Positions 18,514 through 29,099 of a stretch of DNA of 64,000 bases are shown piece by piece. The position numbers and the translations under genes were made by a program. The notes beneath the pieces are model-generated. The model was given only the letters and a program-made list of their open reading frames with translations. It ran no database searches and was not told the origin of the DNA. Position 1 is the first letter of the stretch, and every line of letters begins with the position of its first letter. Source of the DNA: Bacilli bacterium (GTDB lineage Bacteria; Bacillota_I; Bacilli_A; RFN20; CAG-826). The stretch lies in the NCBI GenBank assembly GCA_045600585.1, contig JAZRYE010000004.1, forward strand, positions 60,437 to 124,436, read 5' to 3'.

Positions 18514-19263
18514 TTATTTCATTAATTCGTTATATTGTTTTCTTAATTTATAAGTGATTTCTTTTTGAACCTGATCTCTACATAAATGAGCTAATTCTTC
18601 TGTTGATATGTTTTGATAATCATTAGGATTAATAGGTTTCAAGAAAGATATAAAGACATGATATTTTTTAAATCTAGGTTTAGATTTTAAAGGTGATTGA
18701 GAACCATAAATAGCAATTGGAATGATTGGTACTCCTGCTTTTGTTGGGGCTCTAAATGTACCAGGATGGAAATCCCTCATTTTACATAAAGGATCTTTAT
18801 TCCTTGTTCCTTCTGGATAAATCAACCAGCTCTTCTCTTGATTCTTCAATGTTTTTTGAACATCCATCATTACTTTTAGAGATTGCTTTAAATCATCTCT
18901 ATCCATAAATTTGCCGTCCATAGCAAGGAATACTTTTGCAACAAATGGCATTTTTTCTATTTCTTTTTTAGCTACTACTGCGGTTTCTTGCTTAATTAAT
19001 GGAAGAGTAGGAAGAGGATCAAAAGCAGATAAGTGATTTGAAACAAAACAAACACGTTGTTGCTCTGGAATATTTTCTAATCCTTCCGCGTGAACAATTA
19101 CATCTAATTTTTCAACTACCTTACCTATTAATGTAGTGGCTTTTTGATATCTTAAAGATAATGGATATTTTTCTGGATGTTTTGCGTATTTATTCATCCA
19201 GGAAAAATAACTTCCAATAATTTTAGGACCTACTGTTAATACTGGTTTTAAATATCTTCCCAT
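18514..19263 (-). CDS. plsC: 1-acyl-sn-glycerol-3-phosphate acyltransferase
   Basis: HX4D motif NHLSAFD, YPEGTR and PIIPIA blocks of LPLAT acyltransferases; 249 aa. Confidence 0.8.
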   Translation of the reverse strand: MGRYLKPVLTVGPKIIGSYFSWMNKYAKHPEKYPLSLRYQKATTLIGKVVEKLDVIVHAEGLENIPEQQRVCFVSNHLSAFDPLPTLPLIKQETAVVAKKEIEKMPFVAKVFLAMDGKFMDRDDLKQSLKVMMDVQKTLKNQEKSWLIYPEGTRNKDPLCKMRDFHPGTFRAPTKAGVPIIPIAIYGSQSPLKSKPRFKKYHVFISFLKPINPNDYQNISTEELAHLCRDQVQKEITYKLRKQYNELMK

Positions 19264-19272
19264 ATCTTTAAT

Positions 19273-21408
19273 TTACCTTTTATATAAAATTTGTAAAGAA
19301 CAAGGTGAAATAATTCCTTGTTTCATATGTATTTTTTCTCCATCTCGTTCTTCTTTTCCACTTGAAAGCATTAAATAGAAATCATCTAATTCATAAGCTT
19401 GCTGATAAATAGTTGGATTAAATAACACTATTAATTTTGAGAAAGGTGCAATTAAATTAGACGATTTGCCTTTAAGACAATAAATTCCATTATTCCAATG
19501 TTCAATATTAAAGACTTTAATAATATCCTCTGGTTTATCTAGTGATAAAAACTTCAAAATATTCTTTCTATACTTGATTAATGCATGAAGTCTAGTGACC
19601 ATTTCCATTCTTTGATCGAGCTTAGACCATTGCATGTTATTTATTTTAGCTATGTTATATGTATTTCCTAAAGAAGATTTAGATAAGCCAATTTCTTGTC
19701 CCATATGAATGAATGGAACGCCAAAAGAAAGGAGTAATAAACAGTTAGCAAATTTAACTCTATGAAGAATTATTTCTTCATCTTCTTCTGGATTAGATGC
19801 TGTCAATTTATCAAACAATGTGTGATTATCATGACATTCTAAATAATTAATAGATTGATTAGCGTTATTAAAACGAGCTTCGTAAGTGACGTTATTTGTT
19901 GAACCAAGTATTGAATAGTCAACACCGTTGACATAGTCTAAATTGCCTGAAAGATAGCCTTTAATGCATAAATCAAATGAAGATCCTTTTAAGAAATCTC
20001 TATAGGCATCATTAAAGAAACCAACTTGAGGTAAATGATTTGCGTTTTTATAGTTTGCTTTAACTTCTTTTGAGAGCTCATATCCCATATCCCATCCTTC
20101 GCCATAGAAGATTGTTTCTTTTTTTGTTTTTCTACATTCGTCGACAATTGTGTTTATTGTTTCGATATCTAATAAACCCATTAAGTCGAAGCGGAATCCG
20201 TCAACATCAAAAACGTCAATAAAATATTTGCAGCTATCGACAATAATTTTTCTTGCCATTATTTTTTCAGTGGCAATGTCGTTTCCACATCCACTTGCAT
20301 TACTTAACTCGCCGTTCTTCTTTTTACGGAAATAATAATTAGGTAAAGAATTTTCTAATGAACTATTTTGCCAATCATAAATATGATTAAAAACCATATC
20401 GAGCACTACTCTTATATTGTTTTTGTGAAGAATATCAACCATTTCTCTAAATTCTTCTAATCGGCTTTGAGGAATTTCTGGTTTAGATGAATAACTTCCT
20501 TCAAGAGCGAAAAAAGAAGTTATGTCATATCCCCAGTTATAGCTATCCTTAGTATTGATATCATCAACTCCATAAAAATCTGTTACTGGTAATAATTGAA
20601 CATGGCTGATGCCTAAGTATTTTAGGTAATCTAAGCCACATTTATTGTTTCCTTTTATTGTTTTACGATTTTCTTCAACAAACCCCTTAAATTTGCCTTT
20701 ATTCACTATATTTGTGTCTTTTGATTCAGTAAAATCTCTGATGTTTACTTCGTAAATAATAGAATCGACTGGTTTTGTATAAGGAGAAGAAGGAATTATT
20801 CTTTCTTTTTCTTTTATTGCTTCAATATCTACAACAGCGGAATACTCACTATTTAGAGACACACCTTTTCCATATGGGTCGTTAATTTCTCTAACCAAAT
20901 CGCCATTATAGATAATATATTTGTACTTTTTATTTAATAAATCTTCTTTAATAGAGAGCCTAAATACACCATATTCATCTCTATTCATTGGAAGATATAT
21001 GAAGGAGCTATCATTTTCTAGTTTTAATAAAACACTACTTGATAAGGGAGAATACAGATTAAATTTAGTTTCTTCCTTGCTATAAATTGCACCTAAATCA
21101 TCTTTATCATAAGAAAACAGTTCATCGAAATTTGGGATTTCAGTAATTTTTTCTACATCAATAGAACATGGAGAACATCCTTCAATATTAAGAACGTAAT
21201 TCGATCCAAATTCATAATTTTCTTTTAATGTTATTTCAAAGAAATAAGATGTTTGTTTACTTGTTCTTTTTGTAATATTACATTCAACTTTTTCATTTTC
21301 GTTTTTGATTATTGAAAAAGAAAGATTATCTTTAAAAGAAATCTCTGTGAATATTAAAACGTTAATCTTTTTCAAGCTAACTAATTTAGCTTTTATAAAT
21401 TGATTCAT
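19273..21408 (-). CDS. pulA: Type I pullulanase (GH13 with N-terminal CBM48), no signal peptide, so probably cytoplasmic
   Basis: GH13 catalytic blocks GFRFDLMG, YGEGWD, LECHDNHTL; 711 aa. Confidence 0.8.
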   Translation of the reverse strand: MNQFIKAKLVSLKKINVLIFTEISFKDNLSFSIIKNENEKVECNITKRTSKQTSYFFEITLKENYEFGSNYVLNIEGCSPCSIDVEKITEIPNFDELFSYDKDDLGAIYSKEETKFNLYSPLSSSVLLKLENDSSFIYLPMNRDEYGVFRLSIKEDLLNKKYKYIIYNGDLVREINDPYGKGVSLNSEYSAVVDIEAIKEKERIIPSSPYTKPVDSIIYEVNIRDFTESKDTNIVNKGKFKGFVEENRKTIKGNNKCGLDYLKYLGISHVQLLPVTDFYGVDDINTKDSYNWGYDITSFFALEGSYSSKPEIPQSRLEEFREMVDILHKNNIRVVLDMVFNHIYDWQNSSLENSLPNYYFRKKKNGELSNASGCGNDIATEKIMARKIIVDSCKYFIDVFDVDGFRFDLMGLLDIETINTIVDECRKTKKETIFYGEGWDMGYELSKEVKANYKNANHLPQVGFFNDAYRDFLKGSSFDLCIKGYLSGNLDYVNGVDYSILGSTNNVTYEARFNNANQSINYLECHDNHTLFDKLTASNPEEDEEIILHRVKFANCLLLLSFGVPFIHMGQEIGLSKSSLGNTYNIAKINNMQWSKLDQRMEMVTRLHALIKYRKNILKFLSLDKPEDIIKVFNIEHWNNGIYCLKGKSSNLIAPFSKLIVLFNPTIYQQAYELDDFYLMLSSGKEERDGEKIHMKQGIISPCSLQILYKR

Positions 21409-21413
21409 ATTAA

Positions 21414-24128
21414 TTAATGTTCGCTGTTAAAATCTGTCGAATCAACACTTGAAACAGGTACATCATCGACATTACCGAATTTATCTTGCATTAAAACAGG
21501 ACAACCTTTATTTCCTTCGACTTCTTTTCCAACGACGCCTTCTTCTTGAAGTCTTATAAAAAATCTACCAGCACGGTTAAATCCAACGCCACATTCTCTT
21601 TGAATACGAGACATAGACATGTAATTTTGAGACATAACCCAGTCTTTGATTTCTCTATATTTTGCTTCTTCGCCATTTTCACCATTTGATTTGAATTCTG
21701 GCGTTTTGACAAAAGCTGCACCTTCTTCTTCAGCTTTATCAGCTAAATCAATGTACTTTTCATCATAATGAGTTTCGTAATGGTCTTTTAAATAACCAAC
21801 GATATGCATAATTTCTTCTCTATCAATATAACAAGATTGCAAACGGACTGGCCCGTTTCTAGAAATGAGTGGAGATTGAGCTAACATATCGCCTTTACCC
21901 ATAAGTTTTTCAGCACCACCTTCACCGATAATTGTTTGAGAGTCAACAGTAGAAGCGCAGCTTAATGCTACGTGTGTTGGTAAGTTTGCTTTTAAAACAC
22001 CAGTGACAACAGAAACAGAAGGTCTTTGTGTTGCTAATAAGATATGAATACCACACGCTCTAGCTTTTTGAGCTAATGAAATAACTGGCAATGAAATATC
22101 TTTACAGTTATCAACTAAGTCAGCGTATTCGTCAACGACAACAACGATATATGGAAGCTTTTCTGCATGTGTAACTTCGCAGTCACTATTATATTCTTGA
22201 ATGTTTGTAGCACCTGTAGGTGATGCTTCAAATAAACCATATCTATCGTTCATTTCATCAACTAACTTACATAATAAGTTCTTTGCTTCACTTGGATCGT
22301 TAATAATCTTACAAAGTAAGTGAGGCATGTCTTTATATTTGCCAAATTCAACTTTCTTTGGATCAATTAAAACCATCTTTAAAGCATCAGGAGAATTTCT
22401 CATGATTAACGAACAAATTAATGAGTTAACGAAAACAGATTTACCTGAACCAGTAGTACCAGCAATAAGCGCATGTGGGAATTCACACAAATCAGCACAA
22501 ATAACTTTTCCTTCAATATTTTTACCAAAAGCTAAAGCCAATGGTTTTTTCTTTACGTCTGGTAAAGCATCAAAAACTTCTTTGAAAGATACTGTTGTGA
22601 TTTTTGCGTTTGGAATTTCGATACCAGAAGTTGTTCTACCTTCAACAATAGATTCAAAACGTGCAGACACACCACCTAATCTAATAGCGATATCATCAAC
22701 AATACGGCCAACTTCTCTAGAAGATGTTCTTACACCATATGTAACGTTATATCTTGTAACGGAAGGTCCAATTGTATAATCGACGATTTTTGCATCGATT
22801 CCATAATTTTCAAATGTTTGGTTGATCATCGCACATCTTTCTTCTGCAATTTGACTGTTTAATTCAATTGCACCAGTTGCATCATGAACTTTTAAAAGTT
22901 CTGTTGAAGGGGCGACCCACTTAACTGGTTCCTTTTTAACTTGTGGTTGAACAGCAGGAGCAGCTTGAGGCTGAACATATTGTTGTTGAGGCGCTAATGA
23001 ACCTAAAACTTCAACATAATTATCTTTAGGATTTTCTCTGATTGGCTCGCTGAAAACATTCTGTTGAACTACTTGAGGTACTGGTTGTGGTTGCTGATAG
23101 AGTGGCTGTTGTAAACTGTTATCAACAGCAGGAATTGGATTTTGTTCTAACATCGCTTGTTTTTCCATGGATGTTTGTTGTTCATTGCTTTGAATGATAG
23201 CTTCTATTCCACTGATAGTTTCATCTTCTTTCTTTTCGATGAAGTTGCTTTGAGCGGATATTTGAGCTTGTTGTCTAGGAGCACCATTTTTATAAAAATG
23301 AGATGGAACAAACATACCAACGTTTGAATAAATTTCACCAGTATTTGAGAACATTGAGTCATTTGTTGACTCACTTATTTGTTCTGGAGCACCAATTATT
23401 TCACTTCTTTGTTGATCCGGTGTTATCACATTAGCATCACTAATAACATCATAATTATTGACTGAAGCTTTTCTTGTAAATACTGATCTTTTTTCTTGCT
23501 TTGTTTCCTTATTAAATGGATCATCAATTTGTTCTTCTTTAACATTTTTCTTTTTTAAAGATGCACCATTGTTTGTCTTTTTCATAACAATAGGAATAAT
23601 GATAATTGCCAATGCAACTAAGATTAAGATAACGGTGACCGCAATAGCAAAAGAATAAGCGATTTTTGATAAAAGAGAGACGATTAAAAAACCAATTAAG
23701 CCTCCTCCTAATTTCATTAAATTATTTAAATTCCAGCTAGTAGCAAAATAAGAATCAGCTATAAAGACATCCTTATTATAATTTGTATTAACTAATGCAC
23801 TTTTATCTTTAAAGGCAATTAAAGATGCAACCATTAATATTGAAAAGAAAAGGATAAAGTATGAAATGAATCTATATGAAATTTTAATCTTTAAGACTTT
23901 TTCTTTTAGTAAAAGATTTATTCCATATCCAAAAATAATGAAATATACAAGGTATGAGATAGTACCAAATAAATATGTAAATAAAAATGAAAGGCCTTTT
24001 GCGATAATGCCCCTATTCATTATTAAAACAACTGATAATAGGCAAAGAGCAATTCCACCAAAGAAACATAATTGTCCTGATGATGCTTTTCTAACTTTCT
24101 TTTCTTTTTCCATGCCTATATTATACAC
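21414..24128 (-). CDS. ftsK: DNA translocase FtsK/SpoIIIE
   Basis: N-terminal TM helices, Q/P-rich linker, motor with Walker A GTTGSGKS, C-terminal gamma winged helix. The tool's start is GTG at 24128; ATG at 24113 (MEKEKK...) may be the real start, and a TATAAT overlaps the GTG. Confidence 0.9.
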   Translation of the reverse strand: MYNIGMEKEKKVRKASSGQLCFFGGIALCLLSVVLIMNRGIIAKGLSFLFTYLFGTISYLVYFIIFGYGINLLLKEKVLKIKISYRFISYFILFFSILMVASLIAFKDKSALVNTNYNKDVFIADSYFATSWNLNNLMKLGGGLIGFLIVSLLSKIAYSFAIAVTVILILVALAIIIIPIVMKKTNNGASLKKKNVKEEQIDDPFNKETKQEKRSVFTRKASVNNYDVISDANVITPDQQRSEIIGAPEQISESTNDSMFSNTGEIYSNVGMFVPSHFYKNGAPRQQAQISAQSNFIEKKEDETISGIEAIIQSNEQQTSMEKQAMLEQNPIPAVDNSLQQPLYQQPQPVPQVVQQNVFSEPIRENPKDNYVEVLGSLAPQQQYVQPQAAPAVQPQVKKEPVKWVAPSTELLKVHDATGAIELNSQIAEERCAMINQTFENYGIDAKIVDYTIGPSVTRYNVTYGVRTSSREVGRIVDDIAIRLGGVSARFESIVEGRTTSGIEIPNAKITTVSFKEVFDALPDVKKKPLALAFGKNIEGKVICADLCEFPHALIAGTTGSGKSVFVNSLICSLIMRNSPDALKMVLIDPKKVEFGKYKDMPHLLCKIINDPSEAKNLLCKLVDEMNDRYGLFEASPTGATNIQEYNSDCEVTHAEKLPYIVVVVDEYADLVDNCKDISLPVISLAQKARACGIHILLATQRPSVSVVTGVLKANLPTHVALSCASTVDSQTIIGEGGAEKLMGKGDMLAQSPLISRNGPVRLQSCYIDREEIMHIVGYLKDHYETHYDEKYIDLADKAEEEGAAFVKTPEFKSNGENGEEAKYREIKDWVMSQNYMSMSRIQRECGVGFNRAGRFFIRLQEEGVVGKEVEGNKGCPVLMQDKFGNVDDVPVSSVDSTDFNSEH

Positions 24129-24149
24129 GCATACGCGAAAAATGTAAGA

Positions 24150-24178
24150 ACAACTAATTAAAAAAAGCGCTTAGTGCG
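24150..24178 (-). terminator. Intrinsic terminator of rnj
   Basis: Minus strand gagcgc-actaa-gcgct followed by ttttttt, immediately after the rnj stop. Confidence 0.55.
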
Positions 24179-24187
24179 CTCTTTTTA

Positions 24188-25876
24188 TCAATCAACTGTG
24201 ATGATTAATGGCATGATTAATGGATCTCTTCCGTTTTCACGCTTAATAAATCGTTTAGCACGTTCTTGGATTTTTAATTTTGTTTCTTCAAAATCTTTAA
24301 CATCCATCATAAGTGCTGTATTTATCTCATCAATGAAAATATTGGAAATAGATTTTAATAATGGTTCAGCTTCTTTTACATAGACAAAGCCACGCATTTG
24401 ACAATCTGGACCAGAAACAATTTCCTTCCTTTCAAGTGATACTGTGGCGGCAACAACTACTACACCATCAACAGATAATTTTTGCCTTTCTTGAATGATT
24501 TCTTCACCAACTTTAGATAGGCCTTTGCCATCAACAAGAATTGGGGCAATATTTATTTTATTTACTTCATTTGGAATGATTTGAGGGCGTTTTCCATCCT
24601 CAAAAACCAATTGCATACCATTATCCATTAAGAAGACATTCATATGATTTAAGCCAATGCCCATAGAAACGGCAAGGTTAGCGTTGTTAATTAAATTAAC
24701 AAATGAGCCTCTTACTGGTAAATAATATTTTGGAAGTAATAAAGATAAGAAGAATTTTAAATCGTCTTGACATGCGTGCATTGCACTTAATTCTTTACTC
24801 TTAACCCAAATGACTTGGCAACCTGTTCTATATAACGAATCAATGCATCTTGTTGCTAAAGTTTCAAGAGCAGGTCTAGGAATAGCAACGTTAATGAAAA
24901 TGTCATCTTTATCCAAAGCGATTCTCTTGTCCTCGTTATTTCCTTGAGCTAATGCTCTCATTTCTTCATATAATTCTTCGCCATGGCCAAGCATCAAAAT
25001 AACCATGTCTTCTTTCTTGTTTCTAAGAAGATTTTCTTTAGTAATGATTTCACTTGGTGACAATTTTAATGTTGATGTTGAGAAGAAATTCTCCATCACA
25101 TTTCTTGTGTATTCGTTATAGTAATAAAGTTTCTTGTGATAATCTTTACATAACTTAACAATCTCTCTAATACGGAAATAGTTTTGCCAGAAAGAATTAA
25201 TAAAAATTCTTTTACCATCTTCTTTGAAAACTTTTTCAAATTTAGAATAAATTCTATGCTTTGGTGAACAATAACCTGGAACTCCTGCTTTCTTTGATTC
25301 TGTCATCAATAAGAAAACACCTTTGTTATTTAACTTAGCAACAGTTTTAAAATCGAAAACATATTCAGGATACTTAACAGAATAATCAACAATAAAGTCA
25401 CTTGTGAAAACAATCCAGCCTTTATCTGTATCAATAGCAACACCAACAGAATTTGCAGCATTATGAGCAACTGAGAAGAATACAAATTCTCTTCCAGATA
25501 TATTTTGCGTGCAACTACCTTCGAATGTTACATAATTGAAAATAGTTTTGCTTTTATTAATGATCTTTGTTCCTTCCATGACCATTTTTGTACCTTTTGT
25601 ACAATAAACTGGTGCTGGAGCAGATTCGTAAAAATATTGTAAAGCTGACATGTTTTCATCGTGTCCGTGAGTAATTATATATGCTTTAATTCTTTCTTTG
25701 TTTTGAACTAAATATTCGTAGTTTGGTAAAAGGAAATCAACGCCTGGAATTGATTTATCAGGAAGAGAAATGCCACAATCTAAAACGTAAATATCATCAT
25801 TAATTTCGACAACATAACAATCTCTACCATTTTCGTCTAAGCCACCTAAGGCGCATATTTTAATATTGTCTCCCAT
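24188..25876 (-). CDS. rnj: Ribonuclease J
   Basis: MBL motif HGHDEN, beta-CASP and C-terminal domain; N-terminus MGDNIKICALGGLDENGRDCYVVEI typical of RNase J; 562 aa. Confidence 0.9.
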   Translation of the reverse strand: MGDNIKICALGGLDENGRDCYVVEINDDIYVLDCGISLPDKSIPGVDFLLPNYEYLVQNKERIKAYIITHGHDENMSALQYFYESAPAPVYCTKGTKMVMEGTKIINKSKTIFNYVTFEGSCTQNISGREFVFFSVAHNAANSVGVAIDTDKGWIVFTSDFIVDYSVKYPEYVFDFKTVAKLNNKGVFLLMTESKKAGVPGYCSPKHRIYSKFEKVFKEDGKRIFINSFWQNYFRIREIVKLCKDYHKKLYYYNEYTRNVMENFFSTSTLKLSPSEIITKENLLRNKKEDMVILMLGHGEELYEEMRALAQGNNEDKRIALDKDDIFINVAIPRPALETLATRCIDSLYRTGCQVIWVKSKELSAMHACQDDLKFFLSLLLPKYYLPVRGSFVNLINNANLAVSMGIGLNHMNVFLMDNGMQLVFEDGKRPQIIPNEVNKINIAPILVDGKGLSKVGEEIIQERQKLSVDGVVVVAATVSLERKEIVSGPDCQMRGFVYVKEAEPLLKSISNIFIDEINTALMMDVKDFEETKLKIQERAKRFIKRENGRDPLIMPLIITVD

Positions 25877-25960
25877 AAGAAGCCTCCTTTTTATTCATAG
25901 AATTGACTATGCAACGTTTAACTTCAAATAGTATAACTTTAATTTATTAAAATGTGAATA

Positions 25961-26302
25961 TTATTCGATGTTTTTCGTGATGATAATATCAACATTTAAT
26001 CCAAGTACATTTGCTATGACGATGGTTCCAATTTTAGTTGGAGCATCTACTTGAACTTTATTTATTTCTTTCATCACATCGAATATTTTTTCTTTTGGAA
26101 TTGGTCCACTAGTCTTGACACTACAAAGGGTATTTTTTCTATTGGTTACCTTTATAGAAGAAGTGATGTTTCTTACTGGATTAGTTACTTCTCTAATCGC
26201 GTATTCTTTGCCTCTAGGGCATAAATTTCCAGTGACGTTATGATTTTCATCAATTTTTAATCGACATCCGCGCGGACAAATAATACAAGTTAGTTCTTTC
26301 AT
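25961..26302 (-). CDS. DUF1667 domain protein (Cys-rich, partner of GlpA-like oxidoreductases)
   Basis: 113 aa, CIICPRGC ... CPRG motifs; conserved third gene of the three-gene FAD-oxidoreductase module. Confidence 0.7.
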   Translation of the reverse strand: MKELTCIICPRGCRLKIDENHNVTGNLCPRGKEYAIREVTNPVRNITSSIKVTNRKNTLCSVKTSGPIPKEKIFDVMKEINKVQVDAPTKIGTIVIANVLGLNVDIIITKNIE

Positions 26303-26308
26303 TCTGTC

Positions 26309-27553
26309 CTACCTCTCTTCTATTCTGATGATTAAATCATCTAAAATATCGCTCATGTCTTTTGGGTCTAAATCAATTGTTTCCATTTCACTAGGAATTA
26401 GAACTGGTTTAAATAATTGTTTAATAGTTTTATCACCACTTTCAACAATGATATTTGAGTCTTTTAGAGGCTTTTTCACTCTGAATTTAATGATTATTTT
26501 ATCGCTTGTTTTAAGATTAATTTTTTGTGGTAAAGCATAATTAATATTTTCTTGTGGAATTAAATTTACGTAATTGCCGTTTGGTAATTTATCTTTAAGA
26601 TAAAGCGCTGCACTATGACCTGCTAATCTTCCTTCTTCAGTGACAAAATCAACAACATCATGAACGTGCAAGCAGTTGCCACAACTAAAGATGCCTTCAA
26701 TACTTGTTTCGAGATGTTCATTAACAAGAGGTCCTTTCGTCTTGCTCATTGTGCAATTCAAATATCCAAGCAATGGAACATAAGGAATAAGTCCGATAGA
26801 AAGAATTAATGTGTCGCATTCTATTTCTTTTTCGCTTCCAGGAATAAAATTCTTCTTTTCATCTACTTTTGATAGCACTACTTTTTCTAGTCTACCTTTT
26901 CCAATCACTTTGCTTACTGATGTAGACAAGTATAGCGGAATACCATAATCATCAAGGCACTGAGCTATATTTCTATTTAAACCATTCGAATATGGCATGA
27001 TTTCACAAACACATATAACTTTAGCGCCTTCTAATGTCAATCTTCTTGCCATTATTAAACCAATGTCGCCACTTCCTAAAATGACAACACGTTTCCCAAC
27101 CATATATCCATGAATATTTACATATTTTTGAGCAACTCCAGCTGTCATTATTCCTGAACATCTATCTCCAGGAAGTTCAATTGCACCCGCACTTCTTTCG
27201 TAACAACCGGTTGCCATAATAACTGCACCAGCTTGAACCGTTTCTAATAAACCATTACATGAAAAAGTTACTTTTTTATCTTTAGATAAATCAACGACTT
27301 GCGTATTTAATTTGTAATCAATTCTTTCATCAATTATTTGACTAGAAAATCTTGTCATATATTCCGGACCTGTAAGTTCTTCTTTGAATTCTGTTAATCC
27401 GAAACCGTTATGAATGCACTGATCCAAAATACCACCTAAATGGTTTTCTTTTTCTAATATTAAAATATTATTGATTCCTTCTTTTTTAGCTTGCAAAGCT
27501 GCAGCCATTCCAGCAGAACCACCACCAACAATGACTAAATCTATGTATCTCAT
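26309..27553 (-). CDS. NAD(P)/FAD-dependent pyridine nucleotide-disulfide-family oxidoreductase
   Basis: Two Rossmann GxGxxG motifs (VIVGGGSAGMAAA; VVILGSGDIGLIMA); 414 aa. Confidence 0.7.
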   Translation of the reverse strand: MRYIDLVIVGGGSAGMAAALQAKKEGINNILILEKENHLGGILDQCIHNGFGLTEFKEELTGPEYMTRFSSQIIDERIDYKLNTQVVDLSKDKKVTFSCNGLLETVQAGAVIMATGCYERSAGAIELPGDRCSGIMTAGVAQKYVNIHGYMVGKRVVILGSGDIGLIMARRLTLEGAKVICVCEIMPYSNGLNRNIAQCLDDYGIPLYLSTSVSKVIGKGRLEKVVLSKVDEKKNFIPGSEKEIECDTLILSIGLIPYVPLLGYLNCTMSKTKGPLVNEHLETSIEGIFSCGNCLHVHDVVDFVTEEGRLAGHSAALYLKDKLPNGNYVNLIPQENINYALPQKINLKTSDKIIIKFRVKKPLKDSNIIVESGDKTIKQLFKPVLIPSEMETIDLDPKDMSDILDDLIIRIEER

Positions 27554-27554
27554 A

Positions 27555-29000
27555 TTATTTAGTCTCCTTCAATGTTTCTACTAATATAGGAGAATCTTTT
27601 CCATCTAAAGGTATGTCTAATGGAGACACTCCAAAATATTCTGCAAGAAGCATAACGACTTTAGTTTGGCAAAATCCCCCCTGACATTTGCCATAACCTG
27701 CTCTTGTTCGACGTTTTAAGCCTTTTACTGAATGAGGTGGATTATTTCTACTAAGGGTATCTAAAATCTCTCCTAAAGTGACTTTTTCACAATTGCAAAT
27801 CATCTCACCATATGCAGGATGTTCTTTGATATATTGTTCTTTTTCTTCATCTTTTAGATTAAAAAATCTAACATACTTCTTTACATATGGATTATAAGAA
27901 GTTTTTTCTTTTAAATTTATTATTGGCTTAATTAATTCGTTTATCACATAATCAGCGATTGCGGGAGCAGACGCTAACCCTGGAGATTCGATACCTCCTA
28001 ATGTAATAAAATGATCATCGCTTTTAGCGTGTTCTATTACAAAATCATGTCTTGTACATGTTGGTCGAGAACCTGAAAATACTCTAATAGTATGAACAAA
28101 TGGAATAGATGGAACCATTTGAAGAGCTTGTTCTCTAATAGAATCTAATGTTTCTTTATCGGTTGAAACATCATCCTTATCCTCATCTAATTCACTACTT
28201 GGTCCAATTAAATAATTGCCTGACGATGTGACAGTTACTAATATACCTTTTCCTTTTTCAGTAGGAACAGGGAATATTGTGTGATTAACTAGACCAGCGC
28301 TATAGTGATCTAAAACAAAATATTCACCTTTTCTTGGTGTGATTTTCCAATCGATTGGTTCTATCATTTCTGCAATCGTATCAGCATAATTACCAGCAGC
28401 GTTAATGACAAGCTTTGCTTTGTATTCGTTATTTAATGTTTTGACAAAGAATAGATTGTTTTCTTTATTAATACTAATTACTTTTTCATTAAGAAATAGA
28501 TATACGCCATTATCCATTGCATTTTCTATAGCTCTAACGCATAAAAGAAATGGGTCGATTACTCCGGCAGTTGGGGCAAATAAAGCGGCTTTAACATTTG
28601 AATTAATATTTGGTTCGAGTTTAATTACTTCATCTTTAGATATTATTCTAACTTCTACACCGTTTTGTTCGCTTCTTAATTTTAATTCATTTAATTTACT
28701 AACTTGTTCATCATTTAATGCAACTATTAATGATCCAATTCGATAAAAAGGGACATCGAGTTCTTCAGCAATTTTGTCATACATTTTATTTCCTAAAACA
28801 TTGAATTTTGCTTTTAATGTTCCTGGTTTTGGATCGTATCCACTATGAATGATTGCACTATTTGCGTTTGTCGTTACATTTCCGACATCGTTTTCTTTAT
28901 CTAATATTGCTACATTTAAATCATATCGAGATAATTCTCTTGCAATCATGGAACCAGTTATTCCTGCTCCGATAATCAAAACATCATAGTAGTTTTTCAT
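27555..29000 (-). CDS. FAD-dependent glycerol-3-phosphate dehydrogenase/oxidase-like protein with C-terminal BFD-like [2Fe-2S] domain
   Basis: DAO-family N-terminus VLIIGAGITGSMIAREL; C-terminal CNCEKVTLGEI...CQGGFC BFD-type Cys cluster; 481 aa. Confidence 0.7.
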   Translation of the reverse strand: MKNYYDVLIIGAGITGSMIARELSRYDLNVAILDKENDVGNVTTNANSAIIHSGYDPKPGTLKAKFNVLGNKMYDKIAEELDVPFYRIGSLIVALNDEQVSKLNELKLRSEQNGVEVRIISKDEVIKLEPNINSNVKAALFAPTAGVIDPFLLCVRAIENAMDNGVYLFLNEKVISINKENNLFFVKTLNNEYKAKLVINAAGNYADTIAEMIEPIDWKITPRKGEYFVLDHYSAGLVNHTIFPVPTEKGKGILVTVTSSGNYLIGPSSELDEDKDDVSTDKETLDSIREQALQMVPSIPFVHTIRVFSGSRPTCTRHDFVIEHAKSDDHFITLGGIESPGLASAPAIADYVINELIKPIINLKEKTSYNPYVKKYVRFFNLKDEEKEQYIKEHPAYGEMICNCEKVTLGEILDTLSRNNPPHSVKGLKRRTRAGYGKCQGGFCQTKVVMLLAEYFGVSPLDIPLDGKDSPILVETLKETK

Positions 29001-29050
29001 AAAATTTTTTTCTTTAATATATTATATCTTTAATATTTATTTTAATAAAT

Positions 29051-29080
29051 AAAAAAAGGTACGCATGTGAGTGCGCACCT
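29051..29080 (-). terminator. Intrinsic terminator of pnp
   Basis: Minus strand aggtgcgcac-tcaca-tgcgtacc (one mismatch) followed by ttttttt, 20 nt after the pnp stop. Confidence 0.55.
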
Positions 29081-29099
29081 AATTTAATTATTAATAAGA

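Noticed and set aside
22900-23250. Gln/Pro-rich low-complexity region in FtsK (QQPLYQQPQPVPQVVQQ...)
   Set aside because: This is the normal flexible linker between the FtsK membrane domain and the motor; it is not a repeat element or an insertion.
24111-24128. TATAAT hexamer overlapping the predicted GTG start of ftsK, which could mean a leaderless mRNA
   Set aside because: The ORF tool merely chose the longest start (GTG 24128). ATG at 24113 with an upstream purine-rich stretch is an equally good start, and a TATAAT match in a 30% GC genome is expected by chance. I did not call a promoter feature.
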